Counted from the stretch's first letter, positions 28,952 through 39,564 are shown. The stretch is 64,000 nucleotides of DNA from Holophagaceae bacterium (GCA_016722505.1 JADKJH010000005.1:190872-254871), one strand, 5' to 3'. Program-made: numbers and translations. Notes: generated by a model not told the origin, from the letters alone.

Positions 28952-30080
28952 AGCTTCCGAACCCAAGGCCAACCAGAATCAAGGCCGCCTGCAATCCCAA
29001 CAACTGCACCAGGGCGCTACCCACCAGGGGGCCCACCATCATGCCAACGGCGTAGGCGATATTTAGGATCGAAAAAGCCGATGCATAACTGGTGCTTCCA
29101 GCCTTTTCAACTGCATCCGCCACCGCCGGACTCGATGGCGACATGATCAGGCTCGCGATGCTGCCCAGGGCCATCATGCTGGCGATGACAAGTACCGTGT
29201 GCCGGAAGAACACCGGCAGCGGAATGAACACCACGCTCAAGGCCAAGCCGATGATGAGCACTTTCTTGCGGCCGATGCGATCTGACAAATGCCCCATCAA
29301 GGGCGAAGTGAGCGTGTGCGTGAGCGCAGCAGCCGCAAAGCAAAGGCCGATCTGGCCAGGGCCAAAACGCAGCACCGCATCAAAGTGCAGAGGTAGCGTG
29401 GACTCCAGCACCGCCCACAAGGCAGATCCCAAGGCCAGTGCGCCGCTGAAGACAAGAATCACCGGGTTCCGCGCGAATACCATCGGACTGGTGCGCAGCT
29501 CTTTTTCCACCACTGCTTCTTCCAGAAGAAAAGCCCGCCCCCCCGCATCCAGCACGACTAATCCAATCCCGAAAAGAAAGGGCGCAGAAGCTCCCAATTC
29601 CTGTGTGAGATAACCAGAAATAGGCGGCCCGATGAGAAAGCCGAGATTGGCACAAGCGAAGGCCGTGCCCATAGCTTTCCCGCGTTGTTCACGGGGAAAG
29701 TGATCCGCCAGCAAGGCCATCCCGGGAATCCAAGTAGCCGCGCCGGCCGCGCCTTGAAGCCCTCGCGCAAGCACGAGCAGCCAATAATTCTTGGCGAACA
29801 AGAAGAGCAGCGTGGTTGCGCCCAAGGCCAACAACCCAATGAGCATCGGCCTGCGCCGCCCCACCCGGTCCGCAAGGCTTCCCAAGGGAAGCGTCACAGC
29901 GACCAAAGCGATGGCATAGCTCCCAAACAGCAGGCCGACGCGCATCTGCCCAAGATGCAGCTCCCGCGCATAAATTGGCAGGAGCGGCACCAGGAGATAG
30001 TAAAGAAACATATCGGTGAAAAAGGCCAAGCCCACCACGAACAGAGCAAGGGACTTGGCTGATGGGCGAGACTTCCTCAA
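28920..30080 (-). CDS. MFS transporter
   Basis: 12-TM major facilitator layout, GSLADRVGRRRP loop motif; 386 aa. Confidence 0.8.
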   Translation of the reverse strand: MRKSRPSAKSLALFVVGLAFFTDMFLYYLLVPLLPIYARELHLGQMRVGLLFGSYAIALVAVTLPLGSLADRVGRRRPMLIGLLALGATTLLFLFAKNYWLLVLARGLQGAAGAATWIPGMALLADHFPREQRGKAMGTAFACANLGFLIGPPISGYLTQELGASAPFLFGIGLVVLDAGGRAFLLEEAVVEKELRTSPMVFARNPVILVFSGALALGSALWAVLESTLPLHFDAVLRFGPGQIGLCFAAAALTHTLTSPLMGHLSDRIGRKKVLIIGLALSVVFIPLPVFFRHTVLVIASMMALGSIASLIMSPSSPAVADAVEKAGSTSYASAFSILNIAYAVGMMVGPLVGSALVQLLGLQAALILVGLGFGSFILVTRKVAP

Positions 30081-30805
30081 TGGTCGGCCGCCGAGACCTT
30101 ATCCACCCAAATGACTTCACAGGCTCCATCGCCTGAATCATCACGGGTCATGGAACTCTGCCATGTCCAACCATCCTTTCCATCCACGTGGACCAGATAG
30201 CCGTCCAGAGTCGCGATCTGGCCTTCCCGGACGCTCAGCAATCCGCGTTCCACCGCCTTGCTGGCTGGGATCATATGCATGTTGGCCGCATGGGATGTGA
30301 TCACATCCATGGGCAGCGGCAGTGTGCTTGCATTCCAGTGGAACCAGCGGTCGCTTTGGTTGATGTTCAATTTTTCAAGCACCGCAGAATCAGACATGGG
30401 GCCCCACCCCATCGCAAAATCTATTGGCGAAATTTCAGCAGCGCGGTCAAAGCGATAGCGTTCGGTGGAAAGCACCCGCGCATGGATATGGAAATTGGCC
30501 AGCGCAGTGAAGCGGTGGTCCTTTGCGGTCCAAGTCGTGCCTTTCAAAAGGTTCTCCTGCGCGGGGTCATCCGCCGCCAATACACCCGCAGGATGCCTGA
30601 CAGCGCGGGAATGCCAGTTGGAGCAACCCCAGCCCGCCATCAACACGGCGCCCAGCACCAGGGGCCAACGGGCCTTCAACCAGTAAAGCCATTCAGCGTC
30701 ATTTTCGTAGGGATCCATACCTGACCTTGGAAGCCCAGGATAACCCATCAAATCACCCGGCTGGCCGATGGGTTCTGTCCTCTCGGCGGCGCCTTGAACT
30801 ACCAT
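30077..30805 (-). CDS. Hypothetical membrane-anchored/secreted protein, ATGA-coupled to the downstream MFS transporter gene
   Basis: N-terminal signal-anchor WPLVLGAVLMAGWGCS; no recognisable domain; 4-nt overlap with the MFS gene. True start possibly at 30718 (MDPYEN). Confidence 0.5.
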   Translation of the reverse strand: MVVQGAAERTEPIGQPGDLMGYPGLPRSGMDPYENDAEWLYWLKARWPLVLGAVLMAGWGCSNWHSRAVRHPAGVLAADDPAQENLLKGTTWTAKDHRFTALANFHIHARVLSTERYRFDRAAEISPIDFAMGWGPMSDSAVLEKLNINQSDRWFHWNASTLPLPMDVITSHAANMHMIPASKAVERGLLSVREGQIATLDGYLVHVDGKDGWTWQSSMTRDDSGDGACEVIWVDKVSAADH

Positions 30806-30846
30806 CCGGGAGAATGAGGAGCCAGAGTTAGAATCAACGCTGCTCT

Positions 30847-32908
30847 TTGAAAGGAGTCTTCATGGACCTCACCTGGTTCCTTGACCATCCCGGCACCGCC
30901 TTCTTGCTGGCGCTGCTTTCCATCTTCCTGCTGGTGCTGCTCTCGAAATGGATCCGGTACATCCCCAACAACCGCGTAGGCATCGTGGAAAAGCTCATCA
31001 GCGGGAAGGGGTCCGTGAAAACCGGCCTCATCGCGCTTAGGGGGCGAGGCAGGATTCCAGCCTCAGCTCCTCCGCGGCGGCTGGCATTTCCTCATGCCCT
31101 TCCAGTACCGCATCCACAAGATGCCTCTGGTCACGATTCCCCAAGGCAAGATCGGCTACGTCTTCGCACGGGATGGCAAGGACCTCCCGGCCTCCCAGGC
31201 CCTGGCCTCCAATGAGCGCGCGCGGGATTTCCAGGATGTGGAGGCCTTCCTGCAGAACGGCGGCACCAAGGGCCCCCAGCGCATGATCCTCCGCGAAGGC
31301 ATCTACGCCATCAACCTGGTGCAGTTCGTGGTGCTCACCGAGGACCAGATGCTCTACCTGCCCCTGGACCGCAGCGAAGTGGACACCTTCACCAAGATGA
31401 GCGCCGTGATCGCCGAGCGGGGCGGCTACCGCCCCGTGGTCATCAAGGGCACCGACGACATCATCGGCGTCATCACGGTCCACGATGGGCCGAGCCTCCC
31501 GTCCGACGAAATCATCGCGCCCTCGGTGGGTAACGATCCCGCGCATCCCGACACCTACCACAACAATTTCCAGGACCCGGACAAATTCCTGAAGGCGGGA
31601 GGCCTCCGCGGCCGCCAGCTCCAGGTCATCGTGGAAGGCACCTACTACGTGAACCGCCTTTTCGCGACGGTGGAGTCCATCCCCAAGACCGTGGTGGAAG
31701 TGGGCACCGTGGGCGTGGTGGTGAGCTACACCGGCGTCGAGGGCACGGACATGACCGGCGCGGACTACAAGCACGGCGAGCTGGTGGCCGTGGGCACCCG
31801 CGGCGTGTGGAACGATCCATTGCTGCCCGGCAAGTACGCCTTCAACACCTACGCCGGAAAGGTGGTGATGGTGCCCACCACGAACTTCATCCTGAAGTGG
31901 AGCCAATCCGAAGTCGGTGCGCACCGCTACGACGAGAACCTGGCAGAGGTGAGCCTCATCACCAAGGACGCCTTCGAACCCAGCCTGCCGCTGTCGGTGG
32001 TGGTGCACATCGACTACCGCAAGGCGCCGCTCGTCATCCAGCGCTTCGGCGACATCAAACGGCTGGTGGAGCAGACCCTGGATCCCATGGTGGCCGCCTA
32101 CTTCAAGAACATCGGCCAGACCCGCACGCTCATCCAGCTCATCCAGGACCGCAGCGCCATCCAGGACCAGTCCGGCGTCCAGATGCGCGCCAAGTTCGAA
32201 CAGTACAACCTGGAATTGCAGGAAGTCCTGATCGGCACGCCCACCAGCGGAACCCAAGGCGGCCAGATCGAGCAGATCCTCATCCAGCTCCGTTCCCGCC
32301 AGATCGCCAACGAACAGGTGGAGACCTATTCCCGGCAGCAGGGCGCAGCCATCAAGGAGCGCGAACTGCGCGAGGCTGAAGCCAAGGCCAAGCAGCAGAC
32401 CATGCTGACGGAATCGGAGATCTCCATCACCGTGCAGAGCAACCAGGGCAAGGCGGATTACGCCCGCGCCCAGCAGGAGGCCAACCGCATCCAGACCCTC
32501 GCAGGCGCCGAAGCCGAGAAGGTGCGGATCATGGGCGAAGGCGAGGGCAAGCGCATCAAGGCCATCGCCGATGGTGAAGCCGAGCGCGCGGCGCGAGTGG
32601 GCATCGCCCAGGCCATCGCCATCGAGGAGCAGGTGCGCGCCTACGGCGGCCCGCAGTTCCAGCTCACCCAGCAGGTCATGAACCGCTTCGCCGAAGCCAT
32701 CGAAAAGGGCCAGATCGATGTGGTGCCGAAGATCAACATGTCCGGCGGCGGCGCGGGCGGAGGCAATCTTATCGAGAATCTGCTCGGGTTGTTGATGACC
32801 ACGAAGCTAGGCGAGACCGTCGGGGTGGTGGCGCCCACCGAACGCGATCCCGAGGTCCAGGCCATGCGCGATGCGCTGAAGGCGCAAATGAAAAGGCCCA
32901 AGGCGTAA
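30847..32908 (+). CDS. Flotillin / SPFH-domain protein (YqiK/FloA-like). N-terminal membrane anchor (30847..31018) is out of frame with the body (31022..32908) because of an indel in a G5 run
   Basis: N-terminal TM FLLALLSIFLLVLLSKWIRYIPNNRVGIVEKLISGKGSVKTG, then the frame changes at cttagggggcgagg. SPFH domain, long EA-rich coiled coil, Gly-rich tail. Confidence 0.75.
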
Positions 32909-32926
32909 GCAGTGCCGTTGCCAGCA

Positions 32927-32960
32927 AAACGGGGCGGGTTCATCCCGCTCCGTTTTTTTT
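32927..32960. terminator. Bidirectional rho-independent terminator (aaaacggggcggg-ttcat-cccgctccg + T8)
   Basis: GC-rich hairpin followed by 8 T on the plus strand and preceded by A4 (T-run for the minus strand), between the convergent flotillin and TonB-receptor genes. Confidence 0.65.
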
Positions 32961-32967
32961 CATCAGC

Positions 32968-35685
32968 CTAGAAGGCGGCCCTGGCGCTGAATTGCATGAC
33001 GCGGCCCTGCTGGTAGTTGTTGGGCTTCTGGGCCAGGTTGTTCGTAGCGCTCAAAGGCTGGGCATTGGTGAGATTCAAGACGTCCAATCCCAGGCGCAGA
33101 TCAGCGCCCTGGACTTTTTTGTGCCATGCGAAAGTGATGTCGAAACTACGGGCCCAAGGCAACTCACGGGCACCGCGAGCTTCACCTGGCGCTAGAACGG
33201 CGTTCCCGGAGACCTTGGCCAGGTTCGCGTAATGCAGGCCTGAGCGGATATTGAACGTCCCGGAAAGCTCAAGATTCAAGGGCAGCTTGGCCAATCCATA
33301 GGCTTTGAAATTGTGGCGGACATCTTCGTTGAGCGGACCGTCATACTTGCCCTGCCGGTAGTCTTCCGCAAGACCAGGAATCTGCGCGAAACCCGTGTTG
33401 GAAGGCGAGCTGCTGGCCACGTTCCCGACCTCGGAATTGCCGCTTAACCGGGCATTCGTGTAACTGAATCGCATCCAGTGGCCACCGTCAAAGGCGTGTT
33501 CCGCCACCAGATCCAAGCCGTTGTAATCGCGCTTCAGTCCCGGCAGATTGCCGATGACCCTCACGCCTGGCATAAAAGCCGGCAGGCCGAGATCAGCTGG
33601 GGCCAGGTAGCCCCAGGAAGGGTTGTAGGTGTCCACGAGATCTCTCATTGTTTTGCGGGTGTAAAGCACATCCAAAGTCCATTCACCCATGAATGCGCCG
33701 AGGTTCTGGACGCGCTGGGCGCCCACCTGGATCAGATCGGTGGAAGGCGACTTCAAACCCGGTTGCACTGCGAGTGTTTTCGGCACCACGACGCCCGCGG
33801 AGGCATAAGTCTTCCAAGCTGCCTGGGAGGGCACCCAAACCTGCTGCGTGGTGGAAGGTCCATCCGTCGTGGCGCCTGCGGGGCGCAGCGCGCCCGGCGA
33901 AGGCGGGCTGAAGATGCGGCCGAAGTAAGCGAACACGCGGGTCTGCCCGCGGCCATCGGGGTTCCAGGACACGCCCAAGCGCGGGCTCACCAGGGTTTGG
34001 CTGTAGAGTTCGTGTCCATCCTCGCCATCCGCGCTGGCCTTGTCCACGCGAAGGCCCAGATTGAAAGTCCAATAGGCATCGAGATGGTAGTCATCCTGAG
34101 CATAGAGGCCGATAGTCTTGGCCTTGAGAGGGCTCCCATATTCATTCAGGTCACTGAGAGTCCGACGGTAGAGAAAGCTCGCCACGCCCCCAAACAACTG
34201 GCCCGAAATAGGGCTCGGGGTCACCAGACTATCTAGATTCGCATAACCAAAATCGGATCCGCTGTTGGAGATCAACCCGGCGCGAATGGCCGCGATGTCT
34301 CCATTGCTAGGGCCTGCGCCGCCCGCGGCGCGATCCAGGTAGGAAAGGCCACCTGAGGGCCGCAAGAATACCCGGGTGAATTCCGAATCCAGCGCCTGGA
34401 GTCCGCCTTTGACAACATGCTCACCGTAATACCAGGTGAGTTCGCTCTTCACGGTCAGGTTTTTCACGCGCTCCAGGCGGTCCTCCGGGCTGCGGCCAAA
34501 GGACTCGCCGCCTGCGGCATCCAATTGGCCCCGGTAGGGACCGGCCTCGGGCGTGGCTGGCGACCATTGGAAAGCCGTCTGGTGCAACCCGATGGTGTTC
34601 TCCCAGGCGAGATTTCCGCCCAACAAACCCACATGCTTTGCCAAGAAGCTGTTGCCGCCCCGGGTGCGGTTGGCCTGCTGGAAATCCTTCACGGAGCTGT
34701 CGCCGGCCAGATCGAAATTGTATTGGGTGACGGGGTCGCCGAACCAGCTCAGATCCAGCCGATGGTTTTCGTTGAGGACCCAGGAGAGCTTGAGAAAGCG
34801 GTAGCTCCGGTCTTCGGATTGGATGCGGCGATGCGGCGGTGTTCCGATGGGCTGTACGTTCTCGAAATCCTGGGCCAGCAACTGGCGGTTGAAGGTGCCG
34901 AAGAAAAACAGTTTGTCCTTTATGAGAGGGCCGCTGAAGGAGAACCCGAATTCCGATGCGTCCGTGGGCCGCTCTTCGGGGGTGTTGGTTTTGCCGTCCT
35001 CTGGCTTGGCATTGTTGCCGCGGTTGATGCGGCTCGCGAACAGCGCGCCGTGGAAATCGTTGCCGCCGCTCCGGGTGACCTGGTTGTACACGGCTCCGGC
35101 CGCGAATCCATCCTCTGCCTTGTGGCCGCCGGTGGTGATGACCTGGCTTTCCAGGATTTCGCTGCTCATGTTCATGCCGAAGCGGCCCGTGGAGCTGAGA
35201 TTGGTGCTCATGCCATCCACCAGGAAGGCGTTGGCGTCCAGCATGGAGCCGTAGACCACGGGCTCGGGTTTTCCGCTAGGCGTGATGCCCGGCGCCAAAT
35301 AGCTGTGCTCCACGAAGCGGTGCGGCGCGAAGGGCAGGCTCTGCAGCTCAGCCTGGGTGAATCGCGTCTGCACACCCACGGAGCTGGTTTCCGCCAACAA
35401 AGGGGAAGCTTCCACCGCGACGGTGGCCTGCGCGTCGCCGATGCGCACGGTGACAAAGACCCGCTCATCCGGACGGAGGAGCACTTCCTTGCCATTGAGC
35501 CGGTAGCGGCCGGGGATCAGGCCGGAAGTTCCGGCCACACCCTCAGCATCGGTCACAAGGGTCCGGACTTCGCCGCGGTCCACAGTTTTGTCGAATTGAT
35601 CAGAAAATTCACAAAAGCTCCACGGAGAAGAAGGAGCCAGTCTATCTGACAAGAACATTAAATGTACATGGCAAAAACCATTCAA
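32968..35685 (-). CDS. TonB-dependent receptor-like outer-membrane beta-barrel with CarboxypepD_reg domain; 5'-truncated, no signal peptide
   Basis: CarboxypepD_reg segment starts at about residue 35; TonB plug/barrel features; C-terminal aromatic ...QFSARAAF. The annotated ATG abuts the stop of the upstream gene, leaving no room for the expected signal peptide and first roughly 45 aa. Confidence 0.7.
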   Translation of the reverse strand: MNGFCHVHLMFLSDRLAPSSPWSFCEFSDQFDKTVDRGEVRTLVTDAEGVAGTSGLIPGRYRLNGKEVLLRPDERVFVTVRIGDAQATVAVEASPLLAETSSVGVQTRFTQAELQSLPFAPHRFVEHSYLAPGITPSGKPEPVVYGSMLDANAFLVDGMSTNLSSTGRFGMNMSSEILESQVITTGGHKAEDGFAAGAVYNQVTRSGGNDFHGALFASRINRGNNAKPEDGKTNTPEERPTDASEFGFSFSGPLIKDKLFFFGTFNRQLLAQDFENVQPIGTPPHRRIQSEDRSYRFLKLSWVLNENHRLDLSWFGDPVTQYNFDLAGDSSVKDFQQANRTRGGNSFLAKHVGLLGGNLAWENTIGLHQTAFQWSPATPEAGPYRGQLDAAGGESFGRSPEDRLERVKNLTVKSELTWYYGEHVVKGGLQALDSEFTRVFLRPSGGLSYLDRAAGGAGPSNGDIAAIRAGLISNSGSDFGYANLDSLVTPSPISGQLFGGVASFLYRRTLSDLNEYGSPLKAKTIGLYAQDDYHLDAYWTFNLGLRVDKASADGEDGHELYSQTLVSPRLGVSWNPDGRGQTRVFAYFGRIFSPPSPGALRPAGATTDGPSTTQQVWVPSQAAWKTYASAGVVVPKTLAVQPGLKSPSTDLIQVGAQRVQNLGAFMGEWTLDVLYTRKTMRDLVDTYNPSWGYLAPADLGLPAFMPGVRVIGNLPGLKRDYNGLDLVAEHAFDGGHWMRFSYTNARLSGNSEVGNVASSSPSNTGFAQIPGLAEDYRQGKYDGPLNEDVRHNFKAYGLAKLPLNLELSGTFNIRSGLHYANLAKVSGNAVLAPGEARGARELPWARSFDITFAWHKKVQGADLRLGLDVLNLTNAQPLSATNNLAQKPNNYQQGRVMQFSARAAF

Positions 35686-36059
35686 TTTCCCTTGCCGCTC
35701 CAGGCCTGCAACCCCACCCCCACCACAATGATGGCGAGGGCCACCCAGCGCATGGGCGGGATCGCTTCAGCCAGGAAGGCCCTCGCCAGCACCGCGTTGG
35801 CGATGAACCCGAGCGCAAGGAAGGGATAGGCGTAGTTCACGTCCACCAGGGATAGGGCGCCCAACCACACCACCACACTCACCGCGTAGCAGGCGAGACC
35901 TGCCAGCACCCAGGGCTGAAGCATCAAACGCACCAGCGCGCCAAATTCCACTTGCATTCCGCCCGCGGCGTTAAGGCCCTTCTTAAGGCAGATTTGCGCC
36001 AGGGCATTGAGCAACACACCGATAACGATTAGAGGGATGGCTTTAAAGTTGGGGGACAT
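35682..36059 (-). CDS. ArnE/ArnF-like SMR/EamA-family small membrane protein (undecaprenyl-phosphate-aminoarabinose flippase subunit-like)
   Basis: 4-TM 125 aa protein with an EamA-like half; sits immediately downstream of GT-C glycosyltransferases. Confidence 0.7.
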   Translation of the reverse strand: MSPNFKAIPLIVIGVLLNALAQICLKKGLNAAGGMQVEFGALVRLMLQPWVLAGLACYAVSVVVWLGALSLVDVNYAYPFLALGFIANAVLARAFLAEAIPPMRWVALAIIVVGVGLQAWSGKGN

Positions 36060-36078
36060 GGTTCACCTCTCACGGTCT

Positions 36079-37506
36079 TCATTTAAGGAGTTGGTGCGTC
36101 ATCGGATCCTTGGCATTGATTTGACTGCGCAGTTTGGAGTCCAGACCGCGGAAACCCCAGGTGCCGATAATGAAAAACACCACGCAAACGGTCGCGGCGG
36201 TTTCGCGCACCAGGAATTCGCCCTCTCCATTGGCGCACCGAACACTCACCGAAAGCGCTCCCAGGGCCAATACCAGCGTAGCCAACCGCAGGGGTCCAAG
36301 CATGGGTGCGGCGGCGGCCTGAAGCCCAGCTCCCCCCAGACGAACCATACAAACTGCGAAAAAAGCGATGGAGGCCAACCAAAGCGCCGTGGCCATCACG
36401 GCTCCGATGCGCCGGATGCGGCCCATGCTGACGCCTTCCACGTAGACGGGTTGCAGCAACCCCGCCAGCAGCAAGGCCAGAAATGGATAGGCCATCAGCG
36501 GATCGGTCCCCCGCGTTCCATCACCCCACAGGCAGCTTGAAAACGGAACCAGGAACGCGAGTATCAAGAAGCGGGCGATGGGCGCTTTGTGGGCGCCGCT
36601 GCCCCTCAGGAAAATGACCAGGGCCGGCAGCAGCAGCGCCCAAGGGAACAGGTCCCGCACCAGGTATTCAGCATAAATCCAGGGGGATTGGATGCTTGAA
36701 AAACCCTGCAAGACGGCCTTAAACCCCGGCACCGGGACCAGGTTCCATGCGCATCCTGTAACCCCGACCGCGGCGAGAAGGAAGAATCCCCGATTCAAAA
36801 GGGTTTCTTTCAGGGCTTTCAAATCGGCCTGCCAGACCAGGAAGAGCAGAAGCAGCAGCGACGAGAACAGGAGCGGTTGCGGGCCTTTGATGAGAAAAGC
36901 GAGGCCAAGCCAGAGAGGCGATTTCCTGAACCAGCTCCGATGCTCATTCTCCTGTCCTTCGGCCTGGCGCCGCAGCAGCAGGTAGCCGGCCAGCCAACTG
37001 AGCCAGCTCCAGGCGAGCAGGGCGGAATACAGCAGGTCCACCTGGATGGCCTGCGACTGCCAGAACCAGATTGGCGTGGAACAAAGTATCAGCGTCGCCA
37101 GGCCCGCCACGTCGCCTTGGAGAAAGCGGGACGCCCACCGCCGGAAAAAACAAAGAAACAAGATGGAGCCGAGGATCGATGGAAGGCGCAGCGGCCAGGC
37201 CGGAAATCCGGATGCCGATCCGCTTCCCTGAAGCCCGGCCAACGCTGCCGGAATCTTTGTCAGCCAGAGATACAGGATGGATGATTCACCCAGTTCCTGG
37301 GGAGACCAGCTCCCCCGGTTCAGGAGGTCCCAGGTCAGGTCCGATATCCGGCGTTCATCGCCCCCCCAGGAACCCCGGCTGGATATCACGGCGATGAGCA
37401 ATATCCCGTACAGGATGACGATGCGGTTCTCCCGCACCCACTCCCCTAGCCGCTGCCCGGGAATCCGGGTTTCGCGGTGCTCTGAAAATTCATCAACTTC
37501 ATCCAT
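36079..37506 (-). CDS. GT-C fold membrane glycosyltransferase (GT39/GT83 PMT_2-like)
   Basis: Polytopic, 475 aa, GDERR first-loop motif, PMT_2-like hydrophobic core. Confidence 0.7.
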   Translation of the reverse strand: MDEVDEFSEHRETRIPGQRLGEWVRENRIVILYGILLIAVISSRGSWGGDERRISDLTWDLLNRGSWSPQELGESSILYLWLTKIPAALAGLQGSGSASGFPAWPLRLPSILGSILFLCFFRRWASRFLQGDVAGLATLILCSTPIWFWQSQAIQVDLLYSALLAWSWLSWLAGYLLLRRQAEGQENEHRSWFRKSPLWLGLAFLIKGPQPLLFSSLLLLLFLVWQADLKALKETLLNRGFFLLAAVGVTGCAWNLVPVPGFKAVLQGFSSIQSPWIYAEYLVRDLFPWALLLPALVIFLRGSGAHKAPIARFLILAFLVPFSSCLWGDGTRGTDPLMAYPFLALLLAGLLQPVYVEGVSMGRIRRIGAVMATALWLASIAFFAVCMVRLGGAGLQAAAAPMLGPLRLATLVLALGALSVSVRCANGEGEFLVRETAATVCVVFFIIGTWGFRGLDSKLRSQINAKDPMTHQLLK

Positions 37507-37559
37507 CCCCCCAGTGTCCCCCGGCGCCCTCGCCGGGCAAAGCGCATACTCAACAGGGA

Positions 37560-37853
37560 ATGGGAGGACCTATGCGCACCTTCATCCTTTGCACCCTGCT
37601 CGCCGTGCTGCCCTGCGTCGCCCAGGGCGCCAAGGAACAGATCAAATCGGATTTCAAGGAAGCTGGCAAAGACATCGCTCAAGCGGGGAAGAAAATAGGG
37701 CATGCCGCCAAGAAAGGTGGCAAAAAGGTCGGCCTGGTTGCGAAGGATAGTGGCAAAGCCATCGGCAAAGCCGCGAAGGAAAGCGGAAAAGCTGTTGGGA
37801 AAGGTGCCAAGGATGCCGGCCAAGGCGTGAAGAAAGCCCTGAAGAAGAAATAG
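37560..37853 (+). CDS. Secreted lysine-rich protein with five 11-residue repeats ([IV]G-x-AAK-x-SGKA)
   Basis: Signal peptide MRTFILCTLLAVLPCVAQG; mature part about 75 aa and highly cationic; repeats KIGHAAKKGGK / VGLVAKDSGKA / IGKAAKESGKA / VGKGAKDAGQG. Confidence 0.6.
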   Translation: MGGPMRTFILCTLLAVLPCVAQGAKEQIKSDFKEAGKDIAQAGKKIGHAAKKGGKKVGLVAKDSGKAIGKAAKESGKAVGKGAKDAGQGVKKALKKK

Positions 37854-37870
37854 ACCGGGTCCGACTGTTC

Positions 37871-39551
37871 CTATTTCAACCTTGCCAAAACCGTGCTGGG
37901 GCTGCGTCTAAGTTCCTGCCATTCCGACCGTTGGGTTTCGGGCAATCTGCCCCAATCATCCCTGTGGGCCAGCACCATCACCGGCTTCGATGGATCCTCG
38001 GATCTCATCCGCTGGGCGACGGTGCCAAGTTTCAATGGATCCTCCATGAACCAGCGATCCTGCTCAGCCTGGGCCAGCTGCCGTTTGCCGAATCCCAGCT
38101 CGCCGGTGCCGGCCACCACCACACAGCGCTGGCGCGTATGGAATGGAAGGCCCTGGAAATAGACGCCGAAGCTGATCCACTGGGCATTTGAAGGAGCGCG
38201 ATGGATCAGGGGGGCAACATCTTTTCCCGCGCTGGCCACGCGATCCGACACGAACACCAGCGCCAGCATGCAGCCGCCCAGGGAGGCCATCCAGCGAGGC
38301 GCGGTCAGGTGCTTCGGATACAAGGCGAACAGACCGACCAGTCCGAACGCGATGCCCAGTGCAACCACCCAGCCGTTGGCGTGGTTGAGATCCTTGGCGA
38401 AAACGAATCCGCCGATCAGGAAGATGGCGCCGAGCACGAACAACTCAACAGCGATCCGCTTCAAGCTGCGGAATTCTTCACCCTTTTCCTCGAAGGTGCA
38501 CCCCAGGGCCAGCATCGGCACTACGACGGGCAGGATGTAGGGCGCCAGCTTCGAGCCCGACACGCTGAAGAAAAAGAGGGGCCAGGCGAACGCCATCAGC
38601 ATCGTCGCCACGGTCCAACGGTTCAAGGCGGCTTCGAGGCCTTGAGGCCCCGTGGTCCGGCGTACGAAGGCGAGGCCCCGCTTGAGCCCGACAAGGCTAT
38701 GGCTGAGCCATGGGAGCATCCCCACCAGCAGGATTCCCGGGAAGTAGAGCTTGTCCAAGAACGGATTATCCGAACCCTGACGCGCGTGCTCATGCGTGAG
38801 GAACCGCGTGATGTGCTCATGGATGAAAAAGAACTGCGCGTGCCCCGGGTTGGCTTTGTTGACGAAGTAGAACCAGGGTGCCGTCAGCGCGAGGAAGAGC
38901 AGCCAGCCCAAAGGGATTGAACCCCATCGTCAGCACCGCTTTCCGCAGCTTCAGGTCCTTCCACGCGAAGGGCAGCGAAAGCCCCAGGATTCCGACCAGC
39001 AGCACCAGCGCGACAGGTCCCTTGGTCAGCACGGCAGCCGACAACGCGATGTAGGTCAGGAGAGTCCAGCCCATCGAGGCTTCGTTTCGGAATCTTGCTG
39101 CCACCGCTTCTAGCGCCGCTGTGAGTCCCAATACCAGGAATGCGGAAAAGAGCGCATCCAGCGTCAGTAGCTGGCTGCACACAAACGTCAGAAGCACCGT
39201 GGCCGTCATGACCATGGCCCAGATCGGTCCACGGGCGCCCAGGCGCCGCGCCAGCCGCCAGGCGCACCAGAACAGGATCAGCGAAGCCAGCGCCAAGGGG
39301 AGCCGGGCCGCCACCGCATTCAATCCAAAAAGCTTCATGGATGCCGCGGAAATCCAGTACTGCAACGGCGGTTTTTCGAAATACAGTACGCCGTTGAGGG
39401 TTGGCGTGAGCCAATCGCCAGAAGCCAGCATCTCCCGCGGAATTTCCGCGTAGCGGCCTTCGTCAGGTTCCCAAAGCGGCCGCATGAACAGCGGCAGCAG
39501 CCCCAGGATGGCCCAGAGCATCAGGTAGGTGGTGCGATCACGCTTGGTCAT
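37871..39551 (-). pseudogene. ArnT-like undecaprenyl-phosphate-sugar:lipid A / protein glycosyltransferase (GT83), frameshifted near 38880-38910 (gggg run)
   Basis: N fragment has the EPDEGRYAEIPREMLASGDWLTPTLNGVLYFEKPPLQYW ArnT/PMT signature; C fragment continues with APWFYF...HEHITRFL. The two are in different frames and overlap 38817..38911. Confidence 0.75.
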
Positions 39552-39564
39552 GGCTCGGCAGGTG

